NCBI GenBank assembly: GCA_051362555.1
Contig: CM120642.1
Coordinates: 5,952,001-6,016,000, forward strand
DNA length: 64,000 nt
DNA from: Lingula anatina
Taxonomy: Eukaryota > Animalia > Brachiopoda
Direction of reading: 5' to 3'
In this document: positions 25,486 through 37,837 of the stretch, in pieces
Layout of the letters: each line of letters begins with the position of its first letter
How positions within the stretch are numbered: the first letter of the stretch is position 1
Made by a program: the position numbers and the translations under genes
Notes under the pieces: generated by a model
Told to the model about the DNA's origin: nothing
Database searches by the model: none
What the model saw: only the letters and a program-made list of their open reading frames with translations

Positions 25486-28400
25486 CATCACAGTGGCAAA
25501 GGTTTTGTCAGGATGTTCAGGCAAAGCAGGACAGTTTCATTGGTGATTATGAGAAATTACAAAACTCCTTCAGTCAGGATTTGGGACAATACCTACATGA
25601 TAAGTTCCAGGACATACTCAGAGACAGAAAGGTACCATTTATAATAAGCTATTTCATGGTTTATAAGTTTGTCATAGGAAATAAACTTTTTTTTGGCTTC
25701 ACTACTGTGTGAACATACTTTTAAATATCAGTCATTACAACTAGAATCTTAAATATGACTCTTATTGGCATGATATACTTATATCAGTGAGGCAGTCTTG
25801 ATTTTATTTACACTTCAGCAACTGAAATCTCAGTGTGAGGCGATAGTTCTCCAGTGTGAAGGGCAACAGAAGGAGATAGCAGGTGCCATTGCTGAGTGGC
25901 TGCGCCTACAGCAGCGGAGGTTGATAGGCGAGAAATTGCCCTCGTTGGACGTGTTACAGAATGTGTGAGTACCATTTATTTGGGTTTATGTATGCAAAGC
26001 CAACTTTAAAAAATATCCAGGAAAATTTCAACTATTTGAGCATAACTAAACTTAATAAATTAATTGCTTCTCTCATAAAGGTAGCCAAATTCTTATTGCA
26101 GCTTCAAATATTAGAAAACGTATTCAGTTCTGAGTAGCGCCTGTACTTCAGGATTCTTCTGGCTCACCCTTTGCATGAGGAAATAAAAAAAAGTTGCTCT
26201 CATCCTATCTAAATTAAATCTGATAAAGGTGAAATGAATTGGTTTACTTTATGAGGTCAAAGATGTGCATTATGTTGTATAATCTTTTAAGATAAAATAA
26301 ACTAGATATTAAGTAGACTTGAAATATCATAAGGAATAAGATACTGGGCACAAACAATACATCAGTGGGTGTTTTTCTTTGAAAATGTGACCAATTATGA
26401 TCAGTTAGTTGAATTAAAAGCATGAAAGACTCAAGATGTAAAAAATATGGACATTTTATGTCAATTAAGAAGATGATGTGCTGTTGAAATTAGAATTTTA
26501 TGTTTGTCAGCCTGTTTGTTTTATAATGTGAAGGTTTTGCTGAAGTTCTGCTACGGGGGAAGGTACACGTTAGAATTATTTATGTGTTTATTTATTTATT
26601 TTGTTTGTTTGAAGATGTGAAGAATTTGCTGATGTTCTACAGCAGGGAAAAGTGCTGGTGGATGCTACACTAAGTTTGAAGAGACACTGCGAGTTTAAGG
26701 AGACTCCTGAAAGTGAACCAAGTGACGGCTCAGACGACTTGATACTGGAGGGGCTTGCCGAAAGACTTGAGGATACCCTCATACAGCTGCTGGAGAAGTG
26801 ATTAGAATTCCAAGATCACATTTTTTTATTTTGTGATTTTATAGGCCACAAAGACTTTTTTGGACAAATTATTGATTGATTTTTATAGTCCTGGAAAAAA
26901 GATCAATAATTCAATTGAAATAATGATTTTGATGAGAATTCTAGCATACTGATGAAGCTTTTTATGAAATCCTGGCAGTATAAACTTTTTTAATTTTAAC
27001 GTACTGAACTTTGTATATTTGGCAAGTGATTGGAGAAATATTACTGTTATTTTCATTAAAGGTCTTTTATTATGGAGGAACAACCACCCTCAGTGCTGCA
27101 CGTAGAACGGGGAGACAGCAAGAAATTCAGTCTAAGTATCAGGTAAAGTATAGCATAGAATTGAAACTAAGTGGGTGTCAATGAAACGCAGACAAGAGTG
27201 GTTTTAATTTCATACAAAAGGGATATGTTCTTTGTAAATTAATAATTTGCACACATGCTGTTTTTGTTTTGTATGAGAGGCATAGGAAAGAAAACCTGAC
27301 AGAATTCCTCTGAGTCAGTCAGTGGAGATGCAACTTGTCAATTGTGTGTGATGTCATTAAAAGGGATTTGCACAGAGAAGCTTTTAAAGTATATTTTTAG
27401 TTTTCTAATCAAAATGAGTTTTTAGGCATATGGCAAATGAATCCAGCTTTGCTAATTTTTATGAGAAAGTTAATGCACAGAGACGTTACAAATTACAGGC
27501 ACGCACTTTCTCTCATTCACAAAATGCATTATTCTTTTTTATTCTACAGATAAAAGTCTTCTGTCTTTTCCATTTTGTCGTGTTTATGAATTTGTGTTTA
27601 GTAATAGATTGAGTTGCTTTCTTTTTGGAGTTCAGGTAAATACATGATTTTGTTTGAATCAGTAGGTTGTTTCACATTTTGTTTGCATTCCTCCTAAAAC
27701 TGGTATCATCGCCATAGTTCATCGGATTTAATTTTTGAGAATAAGCATATTGCTGATTGGAGAATCTGATCCTATGAAATCACTGTGAGTTTTTTCCTAC
27801 AATTCCCCCTTCTTTAGGTGGCTGGTAGGTAGCAAGTTCACACTGGCTCTAGAACATGGCATGATCAATGCCGAGTTCCATAATGTGACCACACTACAGG
27901 CCAGCAAGGCTCCAGGGAGACAGGGGAAACTCAGCTCCAAAGTTGTCAAGGGAAACTTTGGGGTCAGGTTTGAAAATATGCAGGTACTTTTGATATCTTT
28001 TATGTTGACTATGTATGTAATCATTTTTAATGTCTTACCAATTTAGATTAAACTATATTTTTTTTCACGTAGCCAAAATACATGTAGTTATGTCAATTTC
28101 AATTTCACAGATTACTTTTATCACTGATGAAGTTTTGATGAAGTCTGTTTTATTAGCATGAAAAGTTTGCCCTGCACAAAATCAATGAAAAATCTAGAAA
28201 ATGCTCATAATCTGTGGGAAAAAATGATGGAAAAATAGTAAATGCAGATTTTGACAAATTTGTAAATCTGTAACTCTGACCTCAAACTTTAAAACACCAA
28301 ATAATTGAAGCATTTCTCTTGCGGCTTTTTACAATATTCTCCCCTTGACAGGTGAAAGGTTTCAGTCGTCTGCCAACAAGCAGCAAGGATCCTGTTAAAG

Positions 28401-31400
28401 CAGCAGAGCAAAAGCATTTTGTGGTGATCACTGGACAATTGCTGTTGCCCGATAAAAGACCTCTGCAGCTACAGGTCAGCAGACGGCACTGTGAAATTTA
28501 TCATGAAACTGATTTGTTTTTAATAACTTTTATTTACCCACTAAAAATTCATTATGTAATGCTGTTTTGGATTAAGTATATTTTCAGATAGGGTAGTGCA
28601 TCTATTATTTGTGTGAGTGTCGTATATGCATGAATGTGATTAATGACAGTCTGGTTTGTTCCTCTTTCTTAATAGATTTTTAACCCATTTTAAAAGTACA
28701 ATTTATGTTTGATCTATTAATAGCGCATTCTTTGCCCAAAATTTTAGTTACAGTGATAGGCTTGCACTGCCACAATACAGAATTTTAATTATTTAAGCCG
28801 TAAGATTTTACTTTTATATTACATGGTAATAAAAGATGGTCTTTTCAATAATTCATGACTTTCTCCCTTTAGATTTTGTCTCAGCCCATGTTTCTCACTG
28901 CACAGTCGCAGCAGAACCCAGATGCCCAGGCCAAGGCTATTTGGTGCATGCTGGGAAATAAGGTACTTTGCATTACTGCCATTCAGTAGAGTACATTGTC
29001 CTTTATTAGACTTTAAATGCCATACAGTGATGTAAACCACAAAGTTACCTTAATATGTAAATGATTAAAGTGTACTGATTTACTTAGTGTTATGTTTGCT
29101 TTATTCTGTTTAAAGTGAGTTTGAATAACACTTGTCCACAAAAAGCAGTAGCATCTGTGTTTACATCTTTAGTATAGGGTATTTGAATTTGAGATTTTTG
29201 GTAATTTCCAAGGGACCTGAGACTGTAAATCCAAACACTGACCGCTCACTGGACAAAGTGCCCTGGTCAGAGTTGGCCAAAGTTCTCAGTCAGTTATTCA
29301 AGCACGGCACTGGACGTGGATTGGAGACGAAGCATCTGGACTACTTAGCTTTGAGAATATTTGGTACAGTAGTTATATACTCAATAAACCTCTTTGAATG
29401 ATTCTCAGTAATGCTGATTCAAAAGTTTAAAAAAGTTAATTTTCTGCAAAATGTATTTTTTTGAAAAGTTTGAAATAGCGTATATTTATCAATGAGCTTA
29501 ATTGTTGTAATGTTGACGTATTTTGACAACCTTTGCTATTTTTGCTCTGACAGTACTTCCATGAAGACAGAGGTCTCTTCAAATAATTTTCTTTTTTAAC
29601 AAAATTTACTTTGAAGTTATATTTATTCTAATAATTATACTGCCTGTGAACTCAGTGTTCTGAATGCATCCTTCTACTCTGGGATTAAAATCTCCTTTGA
29701 CTTCCAGGCCAGACCAAAACCCTCGGGTCAGACTTTTCCAGCTTGCCTGTCTCGTGGGATCAGTTTAACAGGGTAAGTATTCTAGGTTTTTGATGCCAGA
29801 TCTGTTTGAGACCCAATGTGAGCTGAAAGCAAGTTATCAGGAGTACATATTTTTTGTATAGTAGGGGAAATTTCAATCTGAAATTGTATCACAAAGCTAA
29901 TTACAAATAATGAGAATCACCTTTATAATAATAAGGCAAAAAAGAAGAACAGCAACATCTATATGATTATAATTATTATTATTAATGATTTTTTAATTAT
30001 TATAACATTCAGAGTGTAATTATGATAGAAGAATACAAGACATGATCGTTCAGAATAATTATACTTTAAAATCACATTTGTACTTATAGTACATATGATA
30101 TTGAGAAAGGTTTGTATCAGAAAACTATAATAGTCTATGGGTTATCATTTTTATGTACAGACACAGATGTGTCTGTACATATTGCCATCACCTGCGTCTG
30201 TCGGCGCCGATGCCGTCGCCGATGCCGATGCCGTGCACTTTCCTTGTAAACACGATAAGTGGAGGACAGTTTTACTTTTTGGCTTTATATTTACAGAGTT
30301 GATGAATATTCATAAAACGCAGGTCAAGTTCGAAAATCAGCATGATCGGGCCATTATTGTAGAAGTTATGCTGTTTTTTCACTTTTCAGCATATATGCAA
30401 CCCTGTAAACACATTTTAAGGAAAACCATTAGACCTTTTGTCATGAAACTCACAGAAGTAATCAATCTTATTAAAACGCAGGTCAAGTTCGAAAATCTGC
30501 ATGATCGGGCCACTATTTTAGTAGTTATGCTGTTTTTTCATTTTTCAGCATATATGCTACACTGTTAACACAATATAAGAAAAAGAGATAGGTCAACTGT
30601 CATTAAACTCACAGGAATGGTCAATCTTACTAAAACGCAGGCTGAATTCGAAAATCAGCATAATCGGGGCATTATTTTAGAAGTTATGTTGTTTTTTCAC
30701 ATTTCCTCAGATTTAATTCTTAGGCATGTTTACAGTCTCATTATTGAATTAATAAGATACGTAAAAGTGTTTGTTTGATATTTCCTGCATCTTCACAACA
30801 TTGTTAGTTGATCATGTAAAAATGATGGTAAACTTGTTATAGTGTATTGTGTAATAAAGTGTCAAAAATGGAAATAAATTCATATCATTGCAGTTTGTCA
30901 GATTCAATCATCCACTATGTTCAGAATCTCAGAATGGAGGAAATTGGACATCTAACATTACTCTATTGATACTTTTCCCATCTCATCAATTTTCTTAGTT
31001 GATCATATAAAAATGGCAGTAAACTGTTTATTTTGTTTAATGTTTAAAAAGTGTTAAAAATGGAAATAAACCCATGTCAGAGCAGTGCTGTCTTGTTTCA
31101 CATTTCCTCAGATTCAATTCTTAGGCATGTTAACAGTCTTATTATTTAACTAATAAGACATGTTAAAGTGTTTGGTTGACATTTCCTGCATCTTTACAAC
31201 ATTATTAGTTGATTATGTAAAACTGATGGTAAACTTGTTATCGTGTATTGTGTAATAAAGATTCAAAAATGGAAAAAAACTCATATCATTGCAGTTTGTC
31301 AGATTCAATCATTCACTATGTTCAGAATCTCAGAATGGAGGAAATTGGACATTTAACACTGTTGTATTTATATTTTTCCCATCTCATCAATTTTCTTAGT

Positions 31401-34400
31401 TGATCATATAAAAATGGCAGTAACCTGTTTATTTTGTTTTATGTTAAAAAAATTGTTAAAAATGGGAAAAAAAAACATTTCAGAACAGTGCTCTCTTGTG
31501 TACATTTGGCATTTTCAAGTTGTGCCTTTGAAGTTCCATGGGCCTGAAGATCTTTGCTAGTCACATTTTCTGAATATCCATGATACTAATATTTTATTAT
31601 TAAAAATTGATGGTCATTATGCTGTTAAACATTATGTAATATTGCATCAAAATTTAAAAAAAAAAACTATTTTGGGCACTGCTCCCATGATGACCATTTA
31701 AGAAAAACAATGTCACTTACTGTTCTCAAACAGTACAGTAAATATGTACAAATGTGTCTGAACATATTGCCATCACCTGCATCTGCCGTCGTCGCCGTCA
31801 CTGTCACTGTTGCCAGCGCCGTGCACTTTCATTGTAAACATGATAAGTGGAAGGCAGTTTTACTTTTTGGCTGTATATTTACAGAGCTGATGAATATTCA
31901 TAAAACGCAGTTCAAGTTTGAAAATCAGCATGATAGGGCCATTTTTGTATAAGTTATGCTGTTTTTTCACTTTTCAGCATATATGCAACACTGTAAACAC
32001 ATTTCAAGGAAAACTTGTCATGAAACTCACAGGAGTAATCAATCTTATTATAACGCAGGTCAAGTTCGAAAATCGGCATGATCGGGTCACTATTTTAGTA
32101 GTTATGCTTTTTTTTTATGTACAGACACAAATGTGTCTGTACATATTGCCATCACCTGCGTCTGTCGTCGCCGATGCCGTCGCCGATGCCGATGCCGATG
32201 CTGATGCCGATGCCGATGCCGGCGCCGTGCACTTTCCTTGTAAACACGATAAGTGGAGGGCAGTTTTACTTTTTGGCTTTATATTGACAGAGCTGATGAA
32301 TATTCATAAAACACAGGTCAAGTTCGAAAATCAGCATGATCGGGCCATTATTGTAGAAGTTATGCTGTTTTTTCACTTTTCAGCATATTTTTCACATTTC
32401 CTCAGATTCAATTTTTAGGCATGTTAACAGTCTCATTATTAAACTAATAAGATACGTAAAAGTTTTTGTTTGACATTTCCTGCATCTTTACAACATTGTT
32501 AGTTGATTTTGTAAAAATGATGGTAAACTTGTTATCGTGTATTGTGTAATAAAGTTTCAAAAATGGAAATAAACTCATATCATTGCAGTTTGTCAGATTC
32601 AATCATTCACTATGTTCAGAATCTCAGAATGGAAGAAATTGGACATTTAACACTGCTTTATTGATATTTTTCCCATCTCATCAATTTTCTTAGTTGATCA
32701 TATAAAAATGGCAGTAAACTGTTAATTTTGTTTTATGTTAAAAATTGTTAAAAATGGAAAAAAAAAAACATTTCAGAACAGTGCTGTCTTGTTTACATTT
32801 TGGCATTTTCAAGTTGTGACTTTGAAGTTCCATGGGCCTGAAGACCTTTGCTAGTCACATTTTCTGAATATCCATGATACTAATATTTTATTATTAAAAA
32901 TTGATGGTTAGTATGCTGTTAAACATTATGTAATATTGCATCAAAATTTGAAAAAAACCTATTTTGGGCACTGCTCCCATGATGACCATTTAAGAAAAAC
33001 CATGTCACTTACTGTTCTCAAACAGTACAGTAGATATATATATAGATGTGTCTGTACATATTGCCATCACCTGCGTCTGTCGTCGCCGTCATCGCCGTCG
33101 CCATGCACTTTCATTGTAAACACTATAAGTGGAAGGCAGTTTTACTTTTTGGCTGTATATTTACAGAGCTGATGAATATTCATAAAACGCAGGTCAAGTT
33201 CGAAAATCAGCATGATTGGGCCATTATTGTAGAAGTTATGGTGTTTTTTCACTTTTCAGTATATATGCAACACTGTAAACACATTTCAAGGAAAACAGTA
33301 CAGTAAATATGTACAGATGTGTCTGTACATATTGCCATCACCTGCGTCTGTCATCGCCGTCAGCGCCGTCACCGGCGCCTTGCACTTTCATTGTAAACAC
33401 GATAAGTGGAAGGCAGTTTTACTTTTGGGCTTTATATTTACAGAGTTGATGAATATTCATAAAACGCAGATCAAGTTCGAAAATCAGCATGATCGGGCCA
33501 TTATTGTAGAAGTTATGCTTTTTTTTCACTTTTCAGCATATTTCACATATTGGCATTTTCAAGGTGTGACTTTGAAGTTCTACATGCTTGAAGACCCATG
33601 CTAGTCACATTTTCTGAAAATCCATGATACGTATATTTTATTATTAAAAATTGACGGTCATTATGCTGTTAACCAATATGTAATATTGCATCAGAATAGA
33701 AGAAGACAATTATGGGTGCTGCTGCCATGATGACCATTATGGGAAAACCATGTTACTTATGATTGCCAAATGTTCAAAAAAGAAATGCAGGACTAAAATG
33801 TAGCCTGGGTTGGAAAAGTAGTCTAATTGGCTTCTTTTTCTGGAAGTTATACATTTTCAAAGTGTGAACTTGAACTCCCATGGGCCTGAAGCCTTATGCT
33901 TGTTACACATTTTACTTACATTGGTATTACCTGTTGAGCATAATTAAAATTTGATGTTGAATTTGCAGTTTAACATAATGTACTTTTGCATCATAAAGCA
34001 AAGTAGCCTATTTTGTGCATAGTTATTTCCTGCTTTTTGTCTGTACATTTGACAGCTTTGCTGCCTTGTTTCACTTTTCAGCATATATGCAACACTGTAA
34101 ACACAATATAAGAAAAACAGATAGGCCAATTGTCATTAAACTCACAGGAGTGGTCATTCCTGCTAAAATGCAGGTTGAGTTAAAAAATCAGCATAATCGG
34201 ACCATTAAAGAAATGCCATTTTTTCACATTTCCTCAGATTTAATTCTTAGGCATGTTAACAGTTTCATTATTTAATTAATAAGATACGTAAAAGTGTTTG
34301 TTTGGCATTTCCTGCATCTTTACAACATTATTAGTTGATTATGTAAAAATGATGGTAAACTTGTTATCGTGTATTGTGTAATAAACTTTCAAAAATGGAA

Positions 34401-37400
34401 ATAAACTCATATCATTGCAGTTTGTCAGATTCAATCATTAAAATTTGATGTTGAATTTGCAGTTTAACATAATGTACTTTTGCATCAGAATTGACAGTAG
34501 CCTATTTTGTGCATAGTTATTTCCTGTTTTTTGTCTGTACATTTGACAGCTTTGCTGCCTTGTTTATATTGAATTCTTTGCAGAAACCTGTCAGTGGCAC
34601 TAAGTTCACCTTCTGGAAATGGTTTTTTGCCACACTGAATTTGACCAAGGATTTTCTTGTTGACCAGTGGAAAAAAGGGTTAGTCTCCATAATAGATGTC
34701 ACAGCAGTGTTGAATGGCAATTCGTCAATGTGATTCATATCATTGATCTTTTTTTCCAAATTTTTTCATATTTATTATTTGTTTTTTTCTCAGAATAGTT
34801 TGTATCAAAGTGTCACAGAGCCACATATTTAGATCTGTTGTATCCAATCTGAAAGTATACAGGTTGTGTATGGCTAACTGTATAATTTTTGTGTTGTTTC
34901 TATATATAATGTATATATTCTGTGTATAATTTCATGTTACAGTTTGATCGAAGGATTCATAGACAAAATCAAAGCAGAGAAATTGCTGCAGAAGCTCCCT
35001 CGCACTGCGTCTGGGACATTCCTGCTCCGTTTCACCAATCATTACGTGGATGAAAACCAGAAGGCCAACCCCTGTGGAGGACTGTCTGTGGTCTACGTGG
35101 AATGTGTGCAGAATAAAAGTAAGTACAGAGTGACTGCGCAGTAATAATGTATTAGGTAAAAACTTTGAAAGATGCGGATAGTGTAACATGTCATATTTCT
35201 TTATTCAAAGACTGCCCATATACGCCTGCAGTGAAACATTTTCAAGATAAGATTTATTGATAAACTTAATCATAAGCATACAGTTCTGTATTCAATGAAT
35301 GGACCTTGAAAAAACTAGATTTATAAATGAAAGTTTGTTTTCTAATGTAAAATGTCCTCAGAATTATTCAGCTGACAACAGACAACCAGAAAGCAATAAT
35401 TATAAAATAGCAGAAAACTGGCTTGAGGCGAAATAAATAAAAAAACAAAATTTATTCTTTCTTTTTTCAGTGGAAGTAAACCATGCTGCTGCTATCACAG
35501 CTGCTGACCTGAAGGACACCAACCTCCCAGTCTTCCTGTCACACATACAGTTCATCACAGAGAATGCTGACCCCAATATCCCAGCCTCCACCTCAAAACT
35601 CAAGTTTCTGTATCCCAGCCTCTCTTTCAAACAAGCATTTGGAGAGTGGTTACAAGGTTTGTATCGCAGTCTTTTTCAACTTAGGTGCCCTCTGGTGACT
35701 CTGGCTACTTGTAGTGGGCCATAGAAAACTACTTTCCATATTAGAATTAACAAAAGACAGTTCAGAGAAAAAAAATGTAATTACAAATAATGGGAAAATA
35801 GCTTAACACAGTAGATTATTTGGTTCCAAACTAAATAATATGCATATTTTCCAATAATTTAATTTAAAGTATTTTGTCCTGTTTGAAAATCTGATTATCT
35901 AGTTATTTTTCAATGCAAAATTTAGTTACAAATAACTCAAGTTTTTATGTATTTTCCACTTATTTATTGAAGTATTTCTTTCCTTTTTGAGAAAATATGT
36001 GTATCTAGCTATTTTTCCAATGCACACTTTATTCACTTATTTATTGTTAAACTTCATGCTCTCATTGGTGATACTGCATTTATTTTGCACATTCAGGAAA
36101 CAGTAGTAGCCAGAAGAAGTTACCAGGAAAAGGTTACCACCCCCTGCATGGAGTTCATCAAGTTCGTATTCCGCCACGGTAAGATTGGAAGACATGGAAA
36201 CGGTTTGCTTGTGTGCCATCCTGCACTGTTCACATATTTTTTTCTTTCTAAAGAATAAGCATTATTTAAATGACTGTGCTTTTTCCTCTTCCAAAATAGG
36301 AAATCATCTTGATGTATAGCAGACCTTTATTTATCTGTAACAAGTACACTTTGAAAATAGAAAAAATTATGACATAAATAGTTTTTGACAAACTTCAAAA
36401 GTGCTTAAGAGTATGTTTGTGTCCAACTAAGGCAGTTTTTTTTTCCTTCAAATTTGAAATCTTCACTTGTTGTTAGAGCAAGCAAAGTTCAGATAAGCCA
36501 GCGTGACCTTAAAACACACACACACACACATAATTTTTATCATTCTAGTTGGAAAAGGGCCCCATTTAATGATTTTTCAAAGCCTTATTTATGAGATTAC
36601 TTGCATTAGGATAAGGTTGAGTTATTTCACCACCAAGGCCTCTAATGTGGCTCAGAGATGAGCTTATTTTTTTATAAGATATTCTCTTAATCATTCCAGA
36701 GATCAGCAAAGCCGCCTGGAGGAAGAGCTGGAGGATAATGATTCTGCAGCAGGTCCTGGGGCCAGTTTGGATAACAGTCATTATTCCAAGGGCAAAAAGA
36801 GATTTGCTCGAGGATCATCCAAAGATGTCCCAACTAGCACACCTGTGGTTTCTGTCGACAGCATGTCTAGTGGAACATTGCTGTTCGACCGTTCATCAGT
36901 TGTATTACAGGAGCAAAAGGATGTCAGTGTTAAATATCAACAAGCAATTGCAGACCAAGAAAGTGGAGAAAAGAGTGCATCACCACAACACATGGTGCCT
37001 CTGACGACAACAATGTATACAGCATCACCTGGCCCACCTGACTTGCAGCCCACTGTGGGGTCCCCATCTAGCCAGCCAGGGGAGTCCCCGAGAGGCGGCC
37101 ATGATGATGTAACAATTTTGTCTCCTGGTTCCCAGAGTTCCTCACACAAATCACCATTGTCTTCTCACAGTCACCCCATGGAGTCTCCACATAGCCATGT
37201 GGGCGGGTTGATAGAAGGCAGTCATGATGATGTTGCAGTTTTGGCCCCAGCCTCCAATTCATCTGGTTATTCATCGTCAAAGTCTCCAGGCAGTGCGTCA
37301 TCCATTACTGGGTCACCTGGTCATCCTGCAGGGTCTCCACTGGGGCAAGATGATCCAATGCTGCTCTCCCTTGGTTCCCAGAATTCTGGTGGCCCTGTAA

Positions 37401-37837
37401 GGCATTTTGGTTCTGGGGCCCCAATGGAAGTTTCCTCACAGAATTCAAGTCTGCCATCCTGTATCCCAGGGTCTTTGAGTAGCGCCCACATTCCTGCTCC
37501 TTCTTCAGTGCATCCTGGCTATCCAAACCAGCACAGAATGTTTCTTCCAGCATCCTCTTCATCCTCTCTCATAGCTCCCTCCACTTCTGCATCCACTCAG
37601 CTGGCTCCAGAACAGTGTGCTATGACCTCAGCAGGAGCCCAGTATATGCCTCCACCATATTCCACACAGCTTGACAACTTGTTGACAGGTGGCAGCACAT
37701 CACAAGGTACTGAAGATGGCGCTCCAGAGGATATAAAAGTGTTTGATAATGATATTCTTGACCAGATATTTGAGGTCATGGAAAAAGATCCAGATTATGA
37801 AAAGGTGCTGATGGAGAGTGAGAATCTGAATTTATAA
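24847..37837 (+). CDS. STAT: Divergent STAT-family transcription factor (coiled-coil, DBD, linker, SH2, GY tail, long Ser/Pro-rich C-terminus), 15 coding exons, about 977 aa
   Basis: Phase-compatible exons 24847-24960, 25494-25631, 25819-25964, 26615-26797, 27062-27142, 27818-27983, 28352-28474, 28873-28962, 29213-29363, 29708-29772, 34584-34678, 34943-35118, 35471-35656, 36097-36178, 36700-37837 (total 2934 nt). STAT5-like motifs: W.R.QQ...G...SLDVLQ..CE, SFIMEEQPP.VL, DKVPW..L, VSWDQFNR, FTFWKWF, GFIDK, GTFLLRF, KGY. Confidence 0.92.
25441..25485. repeat. (TAT)n microsatellite abutting a STAT splice acceptor
   Basis: Trinucleotide run ending about 9 nt before the exon at 25494. Confidence 0.9.
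30148..34565 (+). mobile_element. Composite, rearranged array of a Helentron-associated non-autonomous element (HINE/DINE-1-like)
   Basis: 5' T-run, then hairpin atgtacagacac-agat-gtgtctgtacat (30153-30180), a (GCCGAT)n/(GCCGTC)n microsatellite, internal tandem repeats (caggtcaagttcgaaaatcagcatgatcgggcc), 3' subTIR tgtctgtacat plus short hairpin cagc-ttt-gctg and a T-run (34532-34565). Heads recur near 31743, 32112, 33045 and 33309; an extra tail lies near 34038. Confidence 0.75.

Noticed and set aside
30137-34275. Repeated ORFs of the type MCLYILPSPASV...CKHDKW that look like a small gene family or CRISPR-like array
   Set aside because: They are translations of the HINE repeat head with frameshifts and variable microsatellites. 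There are no unique spacers or cas genes, and the context is a eukaryotic intron.
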